A stretch of DNA of 28,040 nt from positions 1 through 28,040 of the IMG/VR virus record IMGVR_UViG_3300011335_000482; one strand, given 5' to 3'. Made by a program: the position numbers and the translations under genes. Shown here one piece after another: positions 14,053 through 23,755 of this stretch (position 1 is its first letter; every line of letters starts with the position of its first letter). The notes beneath the pieces were generated by a model. It was not told where the DNA came from and did no database searches. It was given only the letters and a program-made list of their open reading frames with translations. The DNA comes from a virus. Taxonomy: Duplodnaviria; Caudoviricetes.

Positions 14053-14441
14053 TCTCCGCCCTATTCTGCGTAGCCAGCGCCATATACTTCGAGGCCCGTG
14101 GCGAACCGTTGGAAGGCCAAGCCGCAGTCGCGTGGGTGATCTACCACCGCACAGCCTCCCACGGCTACCCAGACACGGCTTGTGGTGTCACACACGAAGA
14201 TGAGCATCGCAAGTATCAGTGCCAGTTCTCTTTTATGTGTGATGGCAAACGCGAGGATGTACACGACGACTGGGCCTACGCCAAGGCACTGATGGTCACG
14301 ATGCTTACAGCCGGTGGCTTTATACCAGACCCCACTGGCGGGGCGACACACTACCACGCGACCAGAGTACAGCCGTGGTGGGCAGCGGAGTTAGAACGCA
14401 CGGCACAGATTGATAATCATATTTTTTATAGGGGTGAGTGA
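14049..14441 (+). CDS. Cell-wall hydrolase, SleB/Hydrolase_2 family
   Basis: AIYFEARGEPLEGQAAVA (catalytic Glu), CQFSF.CDG, DPTGGATHYH, IDNHIFY. Confidence 0.92.
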   Translation: MISALFCVASAIYFEARGEPLEGQAAVAWVIYHRTASHGYPDTACGVTHEDEHRKYQCQFSFMCDGKREDVHDDWAYAKALMVTMLTAGGFIPDPTGGATHYHATRVQPWWAAELERTAQIDNHIFYRGE

Positions 14442-14587
14442 TGACAACAGCAGCAGATGACGTGCTTGGATGGGGCGCATATGCCGATGCGTACTTTCAG
14501 GACAAGCACGGGCTGGAAGATCAGGCGCTGGTTTACAAGCTCATGGCAGAGAGCCTGAGCGCCATCATCGACAACAAGGAGGAGTGA
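14441..14587 (+). CDS. Hypothetical protein (48 aa)
   Basis: Translated by hand: MTTAADDVLGWGAYADAYFQDKHGLEDQALVYKLMAESLSAIIDNKEE. TGATG coupling. Confidence 0.55.
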   Translation: MTTAADDVLGWGAYADAYFQDKHGLEDQALVYKLMAESLSAIIDNKEE

Positions 14588-14605
14588 AGCCGGAACTCTT
14601 GCCCG

Positions 14606-14986
14606 TCAGCTCACCAGCGCAACAATGGCCGCAGCAACTTCGACTGGAGTTGTGCTGGTGGTAAACGCAAACTGTATGCCGCAGTCCCCATTGTAGTCAG
14701 ATCCGTGCCAGCAAAAATTGATTAGGTTAACCACAAAATCAATTTCCTTGATTTCGGCCTGAGGGTGACTTGCACTTGGGAGGTCAATGATCCAGCCTAT
14801 TCCCGTTGAAGTAACTGGCACCGGAGTGCCAGCCAGATACGCTGCAATTGCATCAATTGCATGCGTTACCTGAAAGCCTGTGCTCCACTCGAAAGGCACC
14901 ACGCCGACACTAGTGTTCAGCGTGTCGTTCACAATGTCGCCGCCGTAACAATTTACCTGCTGGCCGTCCACGGTTAAAGTAATCAT
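14606..14986 (-). CDS. Hypothetical protein after the tail fibre (possible fibre partner or chaperone)
   Basis: Start MITLTV at 14986, directly after the fibre stop, with RBS GGAG. Confidence 0.65.
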   Translation of the reverse strand: MITLTVDGQQVNCYGGDIVNDTLNTSVGVVPFEWSTGFQVTHAIDAIAAYLAGTPVPVTSTGIGWIIDLPSASHPQAEIKEIDFVVNLINFCWHGSDYNGDCGIQFAFTTSTTPVEVAAAIVALVS

Positions 14987-14987
14987 G

Positions 14988-17900
14988 TTAGCTCTCCAGA
15001 CGGTAGTAAGTGATGACCCATGCAATGCTCATAGTCGCAGCAGTGTCAGGCGTGACAGTCAATTTGAGGTTAGTCGCGTCAGTCGTGCGGTTAGCCACTG
15101 TAAAGGTGTTCGTGCCCGCAGCAAGTGCTGTGGTGATCGTAACGTAGCGGTTAGTGCTTGAGCCATCACCTACAATAATGTCCTGAGGAGTCGCACCTGA
15201 GACTGTGCCGACAATTGACTCGATGTACGCATTGGATGGCAGGATAGCTTGGTTGACACCACCAATGTACTGAAGCTCGTTTGTGCCCGCCCATGTGTTA
15301 GTCCATCGTACCTCTCTGCGCCTTGCTGAGATTGCGCCTTGCGTGGACATTCCCGCTATTGCAAGTTTGGCGTGCTGTTTATTGCCAGATGAGTCCAAAA
15401 CTTGCCCGTTGTCTGTCTGGGCATTTTGGGCTAAAAGCTCAGAGGTTATTCCCGCCGTACCGAATGAGACGCCATTAATGTAAAACATTTCACCCACGGC
15501 AGATGCGGAAATTACAGTATTTGAACCGTCTAGCGCCCAAAAATAAAGTCGCGTATTCACGCTTGCGGTTGAAACGTATCTAGCAAGACCAGACAAATTT
15601 ACCCATGTTCCATTTCTTCCAGTCCCGTCAAAAATAGTGGTTTCGGCAGAAATTGTAGAGCCTCGCGTAATTAAGAAGCCGTCTATATATGTCTGCCCAG
15701 ACGGGACATAAACCGATGCTTGTAGCCATGCATTTTTTAAGTCGGTAAAAAGTGTCCCGCTGGTTTTTGCTGCTCCTGTGCCGGTCCCTGCGACGGCCAG
15801 CTTGACCATTTGCAGGCAGTCATCCTTGCTTGTCGTGCCATCAGAAACTCCATCAACATTGGCATTAACCGTTGTGGTGCTTCCTGATATGGCAGCAAAT
15901 CCATCAGCAGTTGCGAACGCGCTCGTATATGTGGCAGTCTGACTAGCCCCCACATCCGCAGACGCCATGCCATTCACGAACATCCCAAGATTCTCAGCAA
16001 CGGTCTTGGCTCGATTGAACAGACGATGGCTGAACCACTGAGCCGCCGAGCGCACTGCTGAGGTGCCGCAGACGTAGAGGCTGGAGGTGTTGTCTACTGT
16101 CAGGAGGATAGATTTGAGAGAGACGTTATCTACCGTCCCGGTAAACGTAGACCCAGCGTTGATTACAAATGTGACGTTGCCGGTCACTGCGGTTAAATAC
16201 TGCGTGTAGGTGCCACTTGCGCTTACCGTAGTGGTGCCAACTGCTGTGCCTCCCTCAAAACGCATAAGCTGAACAGAGCCAGCCACGCGAGTCAGTGTCA
16301 CGGTCACGGTATAAACCCTGCCCGCTACAAAGGCAATCGGCTGAGACAAGCCCGCAGAAGACCCGGTTGCAGTAAAGCTCGCCACACCTGCCGCAATAGT
16401 CCAGCCTGTGCCCTTTGTCCAAACCGTATCAGTCGCAAAATCGCCGTTGGTCAAAAGCTCAGTAGTTGTGTCTCCGGTGGCAGTGATCGCCACAGACGCG
16501 CCCAAAATAACACCATTAAGCGTGTACACAATAGACCCAGCAGCAGACGCAGATGATCGAGTGATATCAACGTCAATAACAGCCACATAGCCGTCAGCCA
16601 TACCCGTCGCTACTGTGCTGTCGTAGTTCGTCCCGTTGATAGTGGTGCGGAGAATGCCGGTAGTCAGCAGCGTCAGAATGTAGCCGTTCGCGCCGTCATG
16701 TTTATTGATCAGGATGACGTCAGCAGCAGGAGTCCAGTCAGGAACCGAGCCGCGCCACTGAAGTGCGAAGTTTGATGTGCCGAAGTTGTTCTGCACGTTT
16801 GTAAGCTGCTGAATTCCATTGCTTGCAGAGGTAGCGGCAGTGATTGAGACCTGTACTGCGCGGGCAAGGGCAGTGGTGCGCTTGTTAATTGACGGATTAA
16901 CCCAGTTTTCAAGTGTGCCGCTTGTGTCAGCGATGGGAACATTGCTTGCCACAGGAGTTGTGGAATACCCGCCACCGTACACAATGCCGGTCGCATTAGC
17001 CTCGGCAAGCTCTGCAGCATTCTCTGAAGCCAAAGCTGCAGCCGCAGAAGCCGCAGCAGCCAGTTGGGACGCAAGAGACGCAGCAGCACTATTGCTTGAC
17101 GCAGTAGCAGAGCTTGACGCAGCCAGAGCAGAGGCTGCAGCAGCAACAGCAGATCCTGACGCATTTGACGCTTGAGTGGTTGCGGTAGAGGCGCTGGTAG
17201 CCGCATTACTAGCCTGGGTCGTAGCGGTAGATGCAGAAGCAGCAGCAGCGACAGCAGAGGCTGCAGCCGCTACCTGAGAAGCAAGCGCAGCACTCGCAGA
17301 AGCAGCCGCAGCCGCAGACGTGCCCACCCACCACAACGGAGACGTTGCAGGAGCGTTGTTGGTATTAGCAGCTTGGATAGACGTGTACAACACGCCATTG
17401 GACGCGACCACGTTGGCATTGAGCGCATACGTTACTGTGGAAATCCAAGAAAGCTGGATTGCCGTCCAAAATGTTGTCTCAGTCAAAGGGTTTTTGTTTA
17501 GGTTTGTATTCTGCAACGATTGATACACAAGGCTTTGATAAGTAATTACAGAGCCTTCTTTGTACGTCGTGCCTGCATTCCATTCAACGGAATAGAGAAA
17601 AGTCCAGTTGCCGGTGGTGGTAACCGGATTCAGGTTCACGTTGCCGTTAATCAGGGAGACGTAGTATTGCCCATCCGAGCCTTGCACAACGTCATTGGCA
17701 GAGTATCGCTTGGAGGAGATCCACGGATTGCCGAAGCTCTCGGCAGTGTCGCCAACAGGGTCTCTAACAAGAATCTGAGTGCCAGCAGAAGTCGCCAGGA
17801 TAGCCTTAGCAACGCCTTCAAAGAAAATGTTTGGCTGTCTTCCAGCCGCAGTCAGGATTACCGGGTTCGTGTTCGCAATCGTGTAGTCCACATCGGCATA

Positions 17901-18011
17901 AGTCGCCTTGAGAGTCGTCGTGCCGGTCTCGTAAAAGTAGACCTTGCCGTTCACAAGAGGATCGCCTGCGTCATCGAAGTATTGTGTGCCTAGGTCGCCG
18001 TAACGTGCCAT
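14988..18011 (-). CDS. Tail fibre / receptor-binding protein
   Basis: 1007 aa. N-terminal virion-attachment domain (QYFDDAGDPLVNGKVYFY...NTNPVIL), three Trp/Tyr repeats, Ala/Ser stalk, beta-rich lectin-like domains. Confidence 0.85.
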   Translation of the reverse strand: MARYGDLGTQYFDDAGDPLVNGKVYFYETGTTTLKATYADVDYTIANTNPVILTAAGRQPNIFFEGVAKAILATSAGTQILVRDPVGDTAESFGNPWISSKRYSANDVVQGSDGQYYVSLINGNVNLNPVTTTGNWTFLYSVEWNAGTTYKEGSVITYQSLVYQSLQNTNLNKNPLTETTFWTAIQLSWISTVTYALNANVVASNGVLYTSIQAANTNNAPATSPLWWVGTSAAAAASASAALASQVAAAASAVAAAASASTATTQASNAATSASTATTQASNASGSAVAAAASALAASSSATASSNSAAASLASQLAAAASAAAALASENAAELAEANATGIVYGGGYSTTPVASNVPIADTSGTLENWVNPSINKRTTALARAVQVSITAATSASNGIQQLTNVQNNFGTSNFALQWRGSVPDWTPAADVILINKHDGANGYILTLLTTGILRTTINGTNYDSTVATGMADGYVAVIDVDITRSSASAAGSIVYTLNGVILGASVAITATGDTTTELLTNGDFATDTVWTKGTGWTIAAGVASFTATGSSAGLSQPIAFVAGRVYTVTVTLTRVAGSVQLMRFEGGTAVGTTTVSASGTYTQYLTAVTGNVTFVINAGSTFTGTVDNVSLKSILLTVDNTSSLYVCGTSAVRSAAQWFSHRLFNRAKTVAENLGMFVNGMASADVGASQTATYTSAFATADGFAAISGSTTTVNANVDGVSDGTTSKDDCLQMVKLAVAGTGTGAAKTSGTLFTDLKNAWLQASVYVPSGQTYIDGFLITRGSTISAETTIFDGTGRNGTWVNLSGLARYVSTASVNTRLYFWALDGSNTVISASAVGEMFYINGVSFGTAGITSELLAQNAQTDNGQVLDSSGNKQHAKLAIAGMSTQGAISARRREVRWTNTWAGTNELQYIGGVNQAILPSNAYIESIVGTVSGATPQDIIVGDGSSTNRYVTITTALAAGTNTFTVANRTTDATNLKLTVTPDTAATMSIAWVITYYRLES

Positions 18012-18013
18012 CG

Positions 18014-19912
18014 TTATTGTCCTGTCTCAGGGGCTAAAGTTGTTCCGGCAAGTGATGCCGAGATTAGTGGCGACTGTGCAAGTGGGACAATGGCCGCTTG
18101 CAGGCTTCTCAAAGCCTCGGTATCCGTCAATGCCTTCCTGACTACTTGAGGATCACTGGAAAGCAGAATCCTTGCAATAGCCAATCTATTAGTATCAGTA
18201 AGCCCTGGCCTGAATTGCTGGATCATTCTATCAAGAATAGCTGCTGCAGCGCCAACATCTCCGCGCAAAGCATCAGCAGCCAACCCGCTTGTCCTGACGG
18301 AATCTGAGAGCATTCCTTGTCGGCCCTGTACCGTCTGCGTTGCCGCTGTCTGAGAGCCTTGCAGAACAGTGTTGCTCGCAGTCTGAGCCTGTCTTGCTAC
18401 TCCAAGTCGAGACAATGCCGCTTCCTGCAAGTCCTCTGGGTAAATGGTGCGGAAGATCAGACCTTCTTTAGATTCTGGGTCTGTAAGCCTGTTTACAATC
18501 GAGGCTTTGTTGCCGCTTTGTATTTTAGCTTGCAGGTTCTGAAGGTATCCAAGCCGATACGCTTGAATCAACCCAGGGTCTCTGGAATTAAGAACTTCGT
18601 TAAACTCCACTTGAATTTCGTCTGCGCTTTTTGAGTTAGCTTGCAGCCCAGCCTTGTAGTTGTCATTGCGCTGGAAGATCAGTCTAGACCTGCCCCTTGC
18701 CTCGCCAATTTGGGGAGCCGCCGTGTCAATTGATGATCTCAATAAAGTTTCAGCCTCGCCAAGATTGATGCCTGTGGTTGCACCAGCTCCACCTCCGCGA
18801 GTTAATAGCCGAGCCTCGTCAGCAACAATTCTTCTCAATACTTCTGCGTCTCGCATGGTCGGCAGCATTCTGAAAGTTATTTTGCCCAAGTCATCAATTA
18901 CAAAAAACGGGTCGCGCCCAGTTTCTGACTTGAATGCTTCTTTTAATTTATTGCCGCCGCTTGGGAATCTAGCAATAGTTTCATACATCTGATCAACAAC
19001 AGCCTGTGGCGCATCTCCAGCAGTTTCAAACGCTTCCTTGTATTCTCTGTTCTGCAACTGGCGCAGCAGGTCGGCACTTGCTCTCATGTGCCGGTAAATG
19101 TTGCGATCCAAACCAGTGGCAATACCTGATCGTATCGTTTCAAAGGCTGTTCGCCTAGTGGCTGCTGGTCTATCCTGCATGGTGCCCCTGATGTTTGCAC
19201 CAGCCTCGCCCTGACCCATGTATCCTCGAAGCTGGAGCGCCACATTAGGGTCTTCTGCGATTAACTCACCGCGCAGCAATCTGGCTTCTGCTTCTGCCAC
19301 ATCGATGCCAGCCTCCGCTGCAATGCGTTGCACTTCATTTGTCACGGCATTCCGAGCGCGACTACCAGAAGCAAACCGCGCTGCCTCAGTCACAACGTCA
19401 AGACCTTTAACTAATCCTGTCCCGCCAGCTTGTAGACCGCCAGCAGTTATCCCGCCAACACCTGCGCCATATACAATCGGGCTTATCTCATTAAATCGCT
19501 CGCTGAAGGGCTGTTCCATCCCGCCCACTGTTTGTGCGGCACCTTCTGCTGCGCCTAACCCAACAACCTTCGTAAGATTTGGCAAAAAGTTTGAAAACAC
19601 GCCAACAGCAGGTGCTGGGTTTCTTGTTGCTATGGCTGCTGCTAGGGAAGGAACAACTGCTCCAGCAAACTCGTATGCTTTTGAAGCAATCGGACTTTCT
19701 TGTTGATAGCTTCTCAAGCCCTGCCGTATCTCTTGGGCAATCTCTTGCTGCGGCCTGCCAGTGGCTGCTGCTCTTGCGGCAGCTTCTATCTCATCCGCAG
19801 TGTTGAACGTAGCGCCTTGCGCCATCATCCGAAGGCGTTGAGGCTCTTGTTGCTGGGCCATCACCGCCTTGACGCTATCGATCGCGGCCTGTTGCTCTGG
19901 AGTTAGCGCCAT
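18014..19912 (-). CDS. DNA ejection (internal virion) protein, gp16 position
   Basis: 632 aa, Ala/Gly-rich and helical, with QGATFNTADEIEA; last of the ejection genes. Confidence 0.7.
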   Translation of the reverse strand: MALTPEQQAAIDSVKAVMAQQQEPQRLRMMAQGATFNTADEIEAAARAAATGRPQQEIAQEIRQGLRSYQQESPIASKAYEFAGAVVPSLAAAIATRNPAPAVGVFSNFLPNLTKVVGLGAAEGAAQTVGGMEQPFSERFNEISPIVYGAGVGGITAGGLQAGGTGLVKGLDVVTEAARFASGSRARNAVTNEVQRIAAEAGIDVAEAEARLLRGELIAEDPNVALQLRGYMGQGEAGANIRGTMQDRPAATRRTAFETIRSGIATGLDRNIYRHMRASADLLRQLQNREYKEAFETAGDAPQAVVDQMYETIARFPSGGNKLKEAFKSETGRDPFFVIDDLGKITFRMLPTMRDAEVLRRIVADEARLLTRGGGAGATTGINLGEAETLLRSSIDTAAPQIGEARGRSRLIFQRNDNYKAGLQANSKSADEIQVEFNEVLNSRDPGLIQAYRLGYLQNLQAKIQSGNKASIVNRLTDPESKEGLIFRTIYPEDLQEAALSRLGVARQAQTASNTVLQGSQTAATQTVQGRQGMLSDSVRTSGLAADALRGDVGAAAAILDRMIQQFRPGLTDTNRLAIARILLSSDPQVVRKALTDTEALRSLQAAIVPLAQSPLISASLAGTTLAPETGQ

Positions 19913-19913
19913 T

Positions 19914-21122
19914 TCAGAAAGCTCCTTTTTGTTCTGGCGTCATAAGGTTCCACATCTCAGGCGTCACGCCTGCATCAGAGGCTGATTGTGGGATGCTGGA
20001 TTGCGCTCCACTTGGCATTATTTTGTTAAGAGCCTGCTGAAGTGCTGGGCTTATGATCGACTGACTGTTGATCTGTCGAATCAAAGCGGTAGCCTGTGGC
20101 CTGGTAATGCTTCCGTCAACGACTTGCTGAGTAACATCTGCCAACTGCTGATTGATTGCATTCTTCTGCATCATTGACTGAATCAGCAATTGCTTGGTTT
20201 CGGCTGAAGCAGCCAATGGGCCAATACTGTTGAGCAGAACATCAATGTCTCTGTCAGACTGAGCGCCTGAGCCAGGAACTCTTAGGCTTGGAAGAACTTG
20301 GTTAGTAATGCCAATAAACGCTTGGTTGGCGTCATTAAATGTTGGGAACATTCTCGACAGAGCCGCTGGAATCTGCCCTTCCGTTGTCAGAGGAGCAAGC
20401 TGACTCAGCAACTGGAGCTGTGGCGCCGCTGATGCGCTTGTGCTGGCTGCGGTAAAGTATCCGGCAAGCTGTTGGTCTACAAGTTTGTTAAGCTCATCGC
20501 TCGCACCGCTCGTATCAACGTTAATAACTTGACCATTCCCGCCACCACCAGAGCGCATGAAGTCAGAATACTCAGGCGTACCCGGAGTAAGATTAGCTGC
20601 TTCTGCTCGGAATCTCAGCGTCTGCATTGCTGCCGGTTCTTCTGTCGGTTTCGGCTGGCCCTGATACATCACCCTGCCGGTGTTCTGGCCGACAAGCGTA
20701 TTATCTACAACCACGCCGCGCTCTTGCTCCATCTGTGGCACAAGTCCCATTCTTTGGGCAGTCTGTGCAGCTCCTGCAAGCTTCATTGACAGGTTGCGGA
20801 TAGCCATTGGATCGCCAGCTTTTGCGGCCTCGGCATTTTGCAGAATTTCCATCGTATCTCTGGGGTCAGCATCCTGAAATGTCGAAAGCATTTCAAGCCG
20901 GTCATTGGCTAGGTCAATGATGCCGTCGAGGTTGCCATCTGAAAGCATTTGGAAAGCCTGGTAGCCATCCTGGTACATAGCCTTCTGCCTAGACTCAAGC
21001 TCTGCCCGCTTGCGCTCAGTAAGCCCCTGCTCGCGCTGCTGGATGCCCTGCGCGTATTGCTGCGCTGTGCCACCCATTGCTGCGCCCAGACCACCGAGAA
21101 CGTCCCCGAAGTTAATAGCCAT
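19914..21122 (-). CDS. DNA ejection protein, gp20 position
   Basis: 402 aa, Gln/Ala-rich, with GSGAQSDRDIDVL; synteny. Confidence 0.7.
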   Translation of the reverse strand: MAINFGDVLGGLGAAMGGTAQQYAQGIQQREQGLTERKRAELESRQKAMYQDGYQAFQMLSDGNLDGIIDLANDRLEMLSTFQDADPRDTMEILQNAEAAKAGDPMAIRNLSMKLAGAAQTAQRMGLVPQMEQERGVVVDNTLVGQNTGRVMYQGQPKPTEEPAAMQTLRFRAEAANLTPGTPEYSDFMRSGGGGNGQVINVDTSGASDELNKLVDQQLAGYFTAASTSASAAPQLQLLSQLAPLTTEGQIPAALSRMFPTFNDANQAFIGITNQVLPSLRVPGSGAQSDRDIDVLLNSIGPLAASAETKQLLIQSMMQKNAINQQLADVTQQVVDGSITRPQATALIRQINSQSIISPALQQALNKIMPSGAQSSIPQSASDAGVTPEMWNLMTPEQKGAF

Positions 21123-21140
21123 TGTCGAAGGTTCCTTAAA

Positions 21141-22640
21141 TTATGGGCCAAAGGTTCTAAAGCTAGGAGTGGTGTTAGGCATGCTATACCCGCCGTTGTT
21201 GGCATTGTATGGGCCGTACCGTTGATACGTTGGCTGGCTTTCGGATACCGGAGCATATCCTCCCTGTCTCGGCTGGTACACTGCTTGGTTGCCAAGATTA
21301 TAACCGCCTGCCGCTGCATTCGTTGCATTCCGCAGAGACGCGCCATAGTCGAACGACGGAGCGTTAATTCTTTCAGCGCCTTGATATATTTGATTCTGAT
21401 TCTGAGCTAAATTGGTTTGCATCCCCGCAATGTTGCCGGACAGACCAGTTGCTAGGTTTGCCGCTCGCGCTGCCGAATCGCCACCCATGCCAATTAGGTT
21501 GGAAGTCTGCTCGCCTATCAGGTTTGAATTGTATGCCCCCATCCCTGAAAGCAAGTTTGCTTGATTTGCGTAGAAGTTTTGCAACTGATTCGCCTGTAGC
21601 TCGCCAGCCCGTGTTCTGCCAGCGCCAATATCTTGACCCGTTCCGTACTGCATCGTTGCAATGTTCTGACCCGTCGTTTGACCAATGTTTGCACGATTCA
21701 ATCCTGCTGTGCCCTCGGCGCTTGCCATGCTGCCACGCTGCCCAGCAATGTTTCCAGCCGTGTTCATAGCTATGTCGCCCAATGCGCCCGCTGCCTGAAC
21801 CCCATATCCAGACAACGTGTTAAGGTTGCCTATCTGCTGCTGTAGTCCTTGAGATGAAAGCCCTTGCCCAAATCGCTGCAGCTCTTTTTGAACATTGCCG
21901 CCACCAAGCCCGCCAGTTGCCGAAGCGCCCGCAAGGTTGGCTCTCATGCCCTGTTCAAACAAGAACTTCTCGTATGGTGATTCCTGGCGCGCCTTGTTGA
22001 ACGCATCAACTCCAAGCGCCCCAGACAATGCCGTCTGTACATCGAAAGCTTTTGTGCCTCCAGCGTAGTAAGGCTGGAAGTAGTTGCCCGCAGTAGTGCC
22101 CGCCGCTCTTAAGTCATTAATGTTGATGCCGTATAGCTCATTGACTCGACCGAGCGCAGCATCGATGTCAGCGCGTGATGAAGTCTCAGCGCCTAGCAGC
22201 GTGCCAGTGGCATCAGTAAGCCCCTGACGCATGGCATCCTCTGCACCACCAACACCAATTGGAATGTTTTCGTAACCAGCAGATCTATATCGGTCTTGCG
22301 CTTCCGACAAGGGAATTCCGACAGCGCGTGATACCTGCTCTGGCGATACCTGGTACTGATTCATCAGCGCGTAAACTTGACTATCCGGGACATTTGGATT
22401 GTTTGCAAAATACGATTTTAACTGTTCGTCAGAGACCTGACCAGGCCGAGCCTGGTTAACCACTTGCTGATTGTACTGCCCGCCAGCCTGTTGAGGATCA
22501 AGCCCCCGCGCACTGATTACCTGCTGAGGACTGACTTGATACTGCTGCATGAGCTGGTAGGTTTGCTCATCAGAGATGTTAGGATTAGCCGCAAAGAAGT
22601 TGCGCAGCTCTTGGTCTGTCACTTGTCCGGGCGTCGCCAT
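21141..22640 (-). CDS. DNA ejection protein, P22 gp7-like core with an N-terminal tandem repeat
   Basis: QESPYEKFLFEQGMRANLAGASATGGLGGGNVQKELQRFGQGL resembles the gp7 AAAEATGGLGS segment (recalled); G/A/Q/N-rich. Confidence 0.75.
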   Translation of the reverse strand: MATPGQVTDQELRNFFAANPNISDEQTYQLMQQYQVSPQQVISARGLDPQQAGGQYNQQVVNQARPGQVSDEQLKSYFANNPNVPDSQVYALMNQYQVSPEQVSRAVGIPLSEAQDRYRSAGYENIPIGVGGAEDAMRQGLTDATGTLLGAETSSRADIDAALGRVNELYGININDLRAAGTTAGNYFQPYYAGGTKAFDVQTALSGALGVDAFNKARQESPYEKFLFEQGMRANLAGASATGGLGGGNVQKELQRFGQGLSSQGLQQQIGNLNTLSGYGVQAAGALGDIAMNTAGNIAGQRGSMASAEGTAGLNRANIGQTTGQNIATMQYGTGQDIGAGRTRAGELQANQLQNFYANQANLLSGMGAYNSNLIGEQTSNLIGMGGDSAARAANLATGLSGNIAGMQTNLAQNQNQIYQGAERINAPSFDYGASLRNATNAAAGGYNLGNQAVYQPRQGGYAPVSESQPTYQRYGPYNANNGGYSMPNTTPSFRTFGP

Positions 22641-22642
22641 AA

Positions 22643-23128
22643 TTACCTCTGGAACGGTCTCATCGGTTGGAATTGCTGCTGACCTGGGAACTGCTGTGCC
22701 TGCGGGTTAGTTAGACCGGCAATGCTGGCTGGATCAATCGCTAAAGACTGAGCTGGGGCCATCTGAGGAATGCGCCCGCCCAATAGTGCAGCTCGCATTG
22801 CAGGAACTGACGCAAGGTTGGCATTCTGAGCCGCCATGTTGCCGCTTTGGTAGGCTTGCATTCTCGGCATAAACGACGCGCCCTGCATTTGATATGCTTG
22901 GTTGAGAGCGCCCTGATTGATCTGCCCCGCCTGCCCATAGCCGCCGATCAATGTGTCCTGCGCCTGCTGGTAGGCTGGCAAAAGGTTATTCATCTGCGTG
23001 TTAGCCATTGCCATCGAGCGCCGGTTAGCCTTGCTGATGTCTTTCCTCTGCGAACGCGCACTTAGACCGTCGCTTATCATGCTTGCGCCTGCTGATGCCG
23101 CCGCCATTGTTACCGGGTCCATGCCCAT
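22643..23128 (-). CDS. Small ejection/pilot protein (gp7-like N-terminus)
   Basis: MDPVTMAAASAGASMI start, Q/A/M-rich; directly after the gp14-like gene. Confidence 0.65.
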   Translation of the reverse strand: MGMDPVTMAAASAGASMISDGLSARSQRKDISKANRRSMAMANTQMNNLLPAYQQAQDTLIGGYGQAGQINQGALNQAYQMQGASFMPRMQAYQSGNMAAQNANLASVPAMRAALLGGRIPQMAPAQSLAIDPASIAGLTNPQAQQFPGQQQFQPMRPFQR

Positions 23129-23495
23129 ATATCCACCTCGACTTGTATTCAGTGAAGCCCAGATTACTGAGCATATTCTTTAAAGCCGTTCTGTCATCAG
23201 GAGCAGTTGTGTAGATTTGCGTCCATCCGTGCTGTGCAATCCATTCTAAAAGCTTGGCAAACGGTTCGCCCATCTGTGCCCGGTCGCGCAGCTTGCAGCA
23301 GCCGTGGATCTCTAGCTTCCTGCCCCTCGGAATCAATTGAACCAGCACTTTGTCATTAAGAAGAACAAGGCCGTCCATGTTTCCAATGTCTGTGACGTAG
23401 AATCCCCAGGGAACACTTACGCTAGAATGCTGCAAAATCTCTAATGCTCTCGCTTTGGTGGGTATCGTGACAGACTCTGGTCTGCTGGATAGCAT
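23025..23495 (-). CDS. gp14-like GNAT-fold virion assembly protein
   Basis: LEIHGC, LLEWI...GW..IYT, ML..LGF pattern; same position as P22 gp14. Probable ATG at 23495. Confidence 0.6.
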   Translation of the reverse strand: MLSSRPESVTIPTKARALEILQHSSVSVPWGFYVTDIGNMDGLVLLNDKVLVQLIPRGRKLEIHGCCKLRDRAQMGEPFAKLLEWIAQHGWTQIYTTAPDDRTALKNMLSNLGFTEYKSRWIYGHGPGNNGGGISRRKHDKRRSKCAFAEERHQQG

Positions 23496-23500
23496 TTTAC

Positions 23501-23755
23501 CTAAACAAGAATCCATCCTTGCGTCCTGTCGCCGCCGATTTCAGAAAGCATTTTCCGGTATTCGATCAATCCTGCTGTGCCGGCTGAGTTGATATACAGT
23601 TGATACTGTCGAGCCTCAACTACGCCTTCAGGTGATCCAGATCCGACAATGGGAATACTCAGCGAAGCATCGAGCGTCCACGTTCTGAAGGCTTGAGCCA
23701 TTTTACCAGAATTGTCAACAATTGGCTGTCCGGCATTAAGCAATGGCGTTATCAT
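23501..23755 (-). CDS. Short tail needle/plug protein (gp26 position)
   Basis: 84 aa. PIVD..G.M...F..W N-terminus and GSGSPEGVVEA...LY...Y.K...GW fibre-tip motif. Confidence 0.55.
   Translation of the reverse strand: MITPLLNAGQPIVDNSGKMAQAFRTWTLDASLSIPIVGSGSPEGVVEARQYQLYINSAGTAGLIEYRKMLSEIGGDRTQGWILV

Noticed and set aside
14606-15400. Diversity-generating retroelement target at the fibre C-terminus
   Set aside because: No reverse transcriptase and no template/variable repeat pair seen in the window.
17000-17320. GCA/GCC-rich repetitive DNA as a VNTR or CRISPR-like array
   Set aside because: It encodes the Ala/Ser stalk of the tail fibre; there is no fixed repeat-spacer period.
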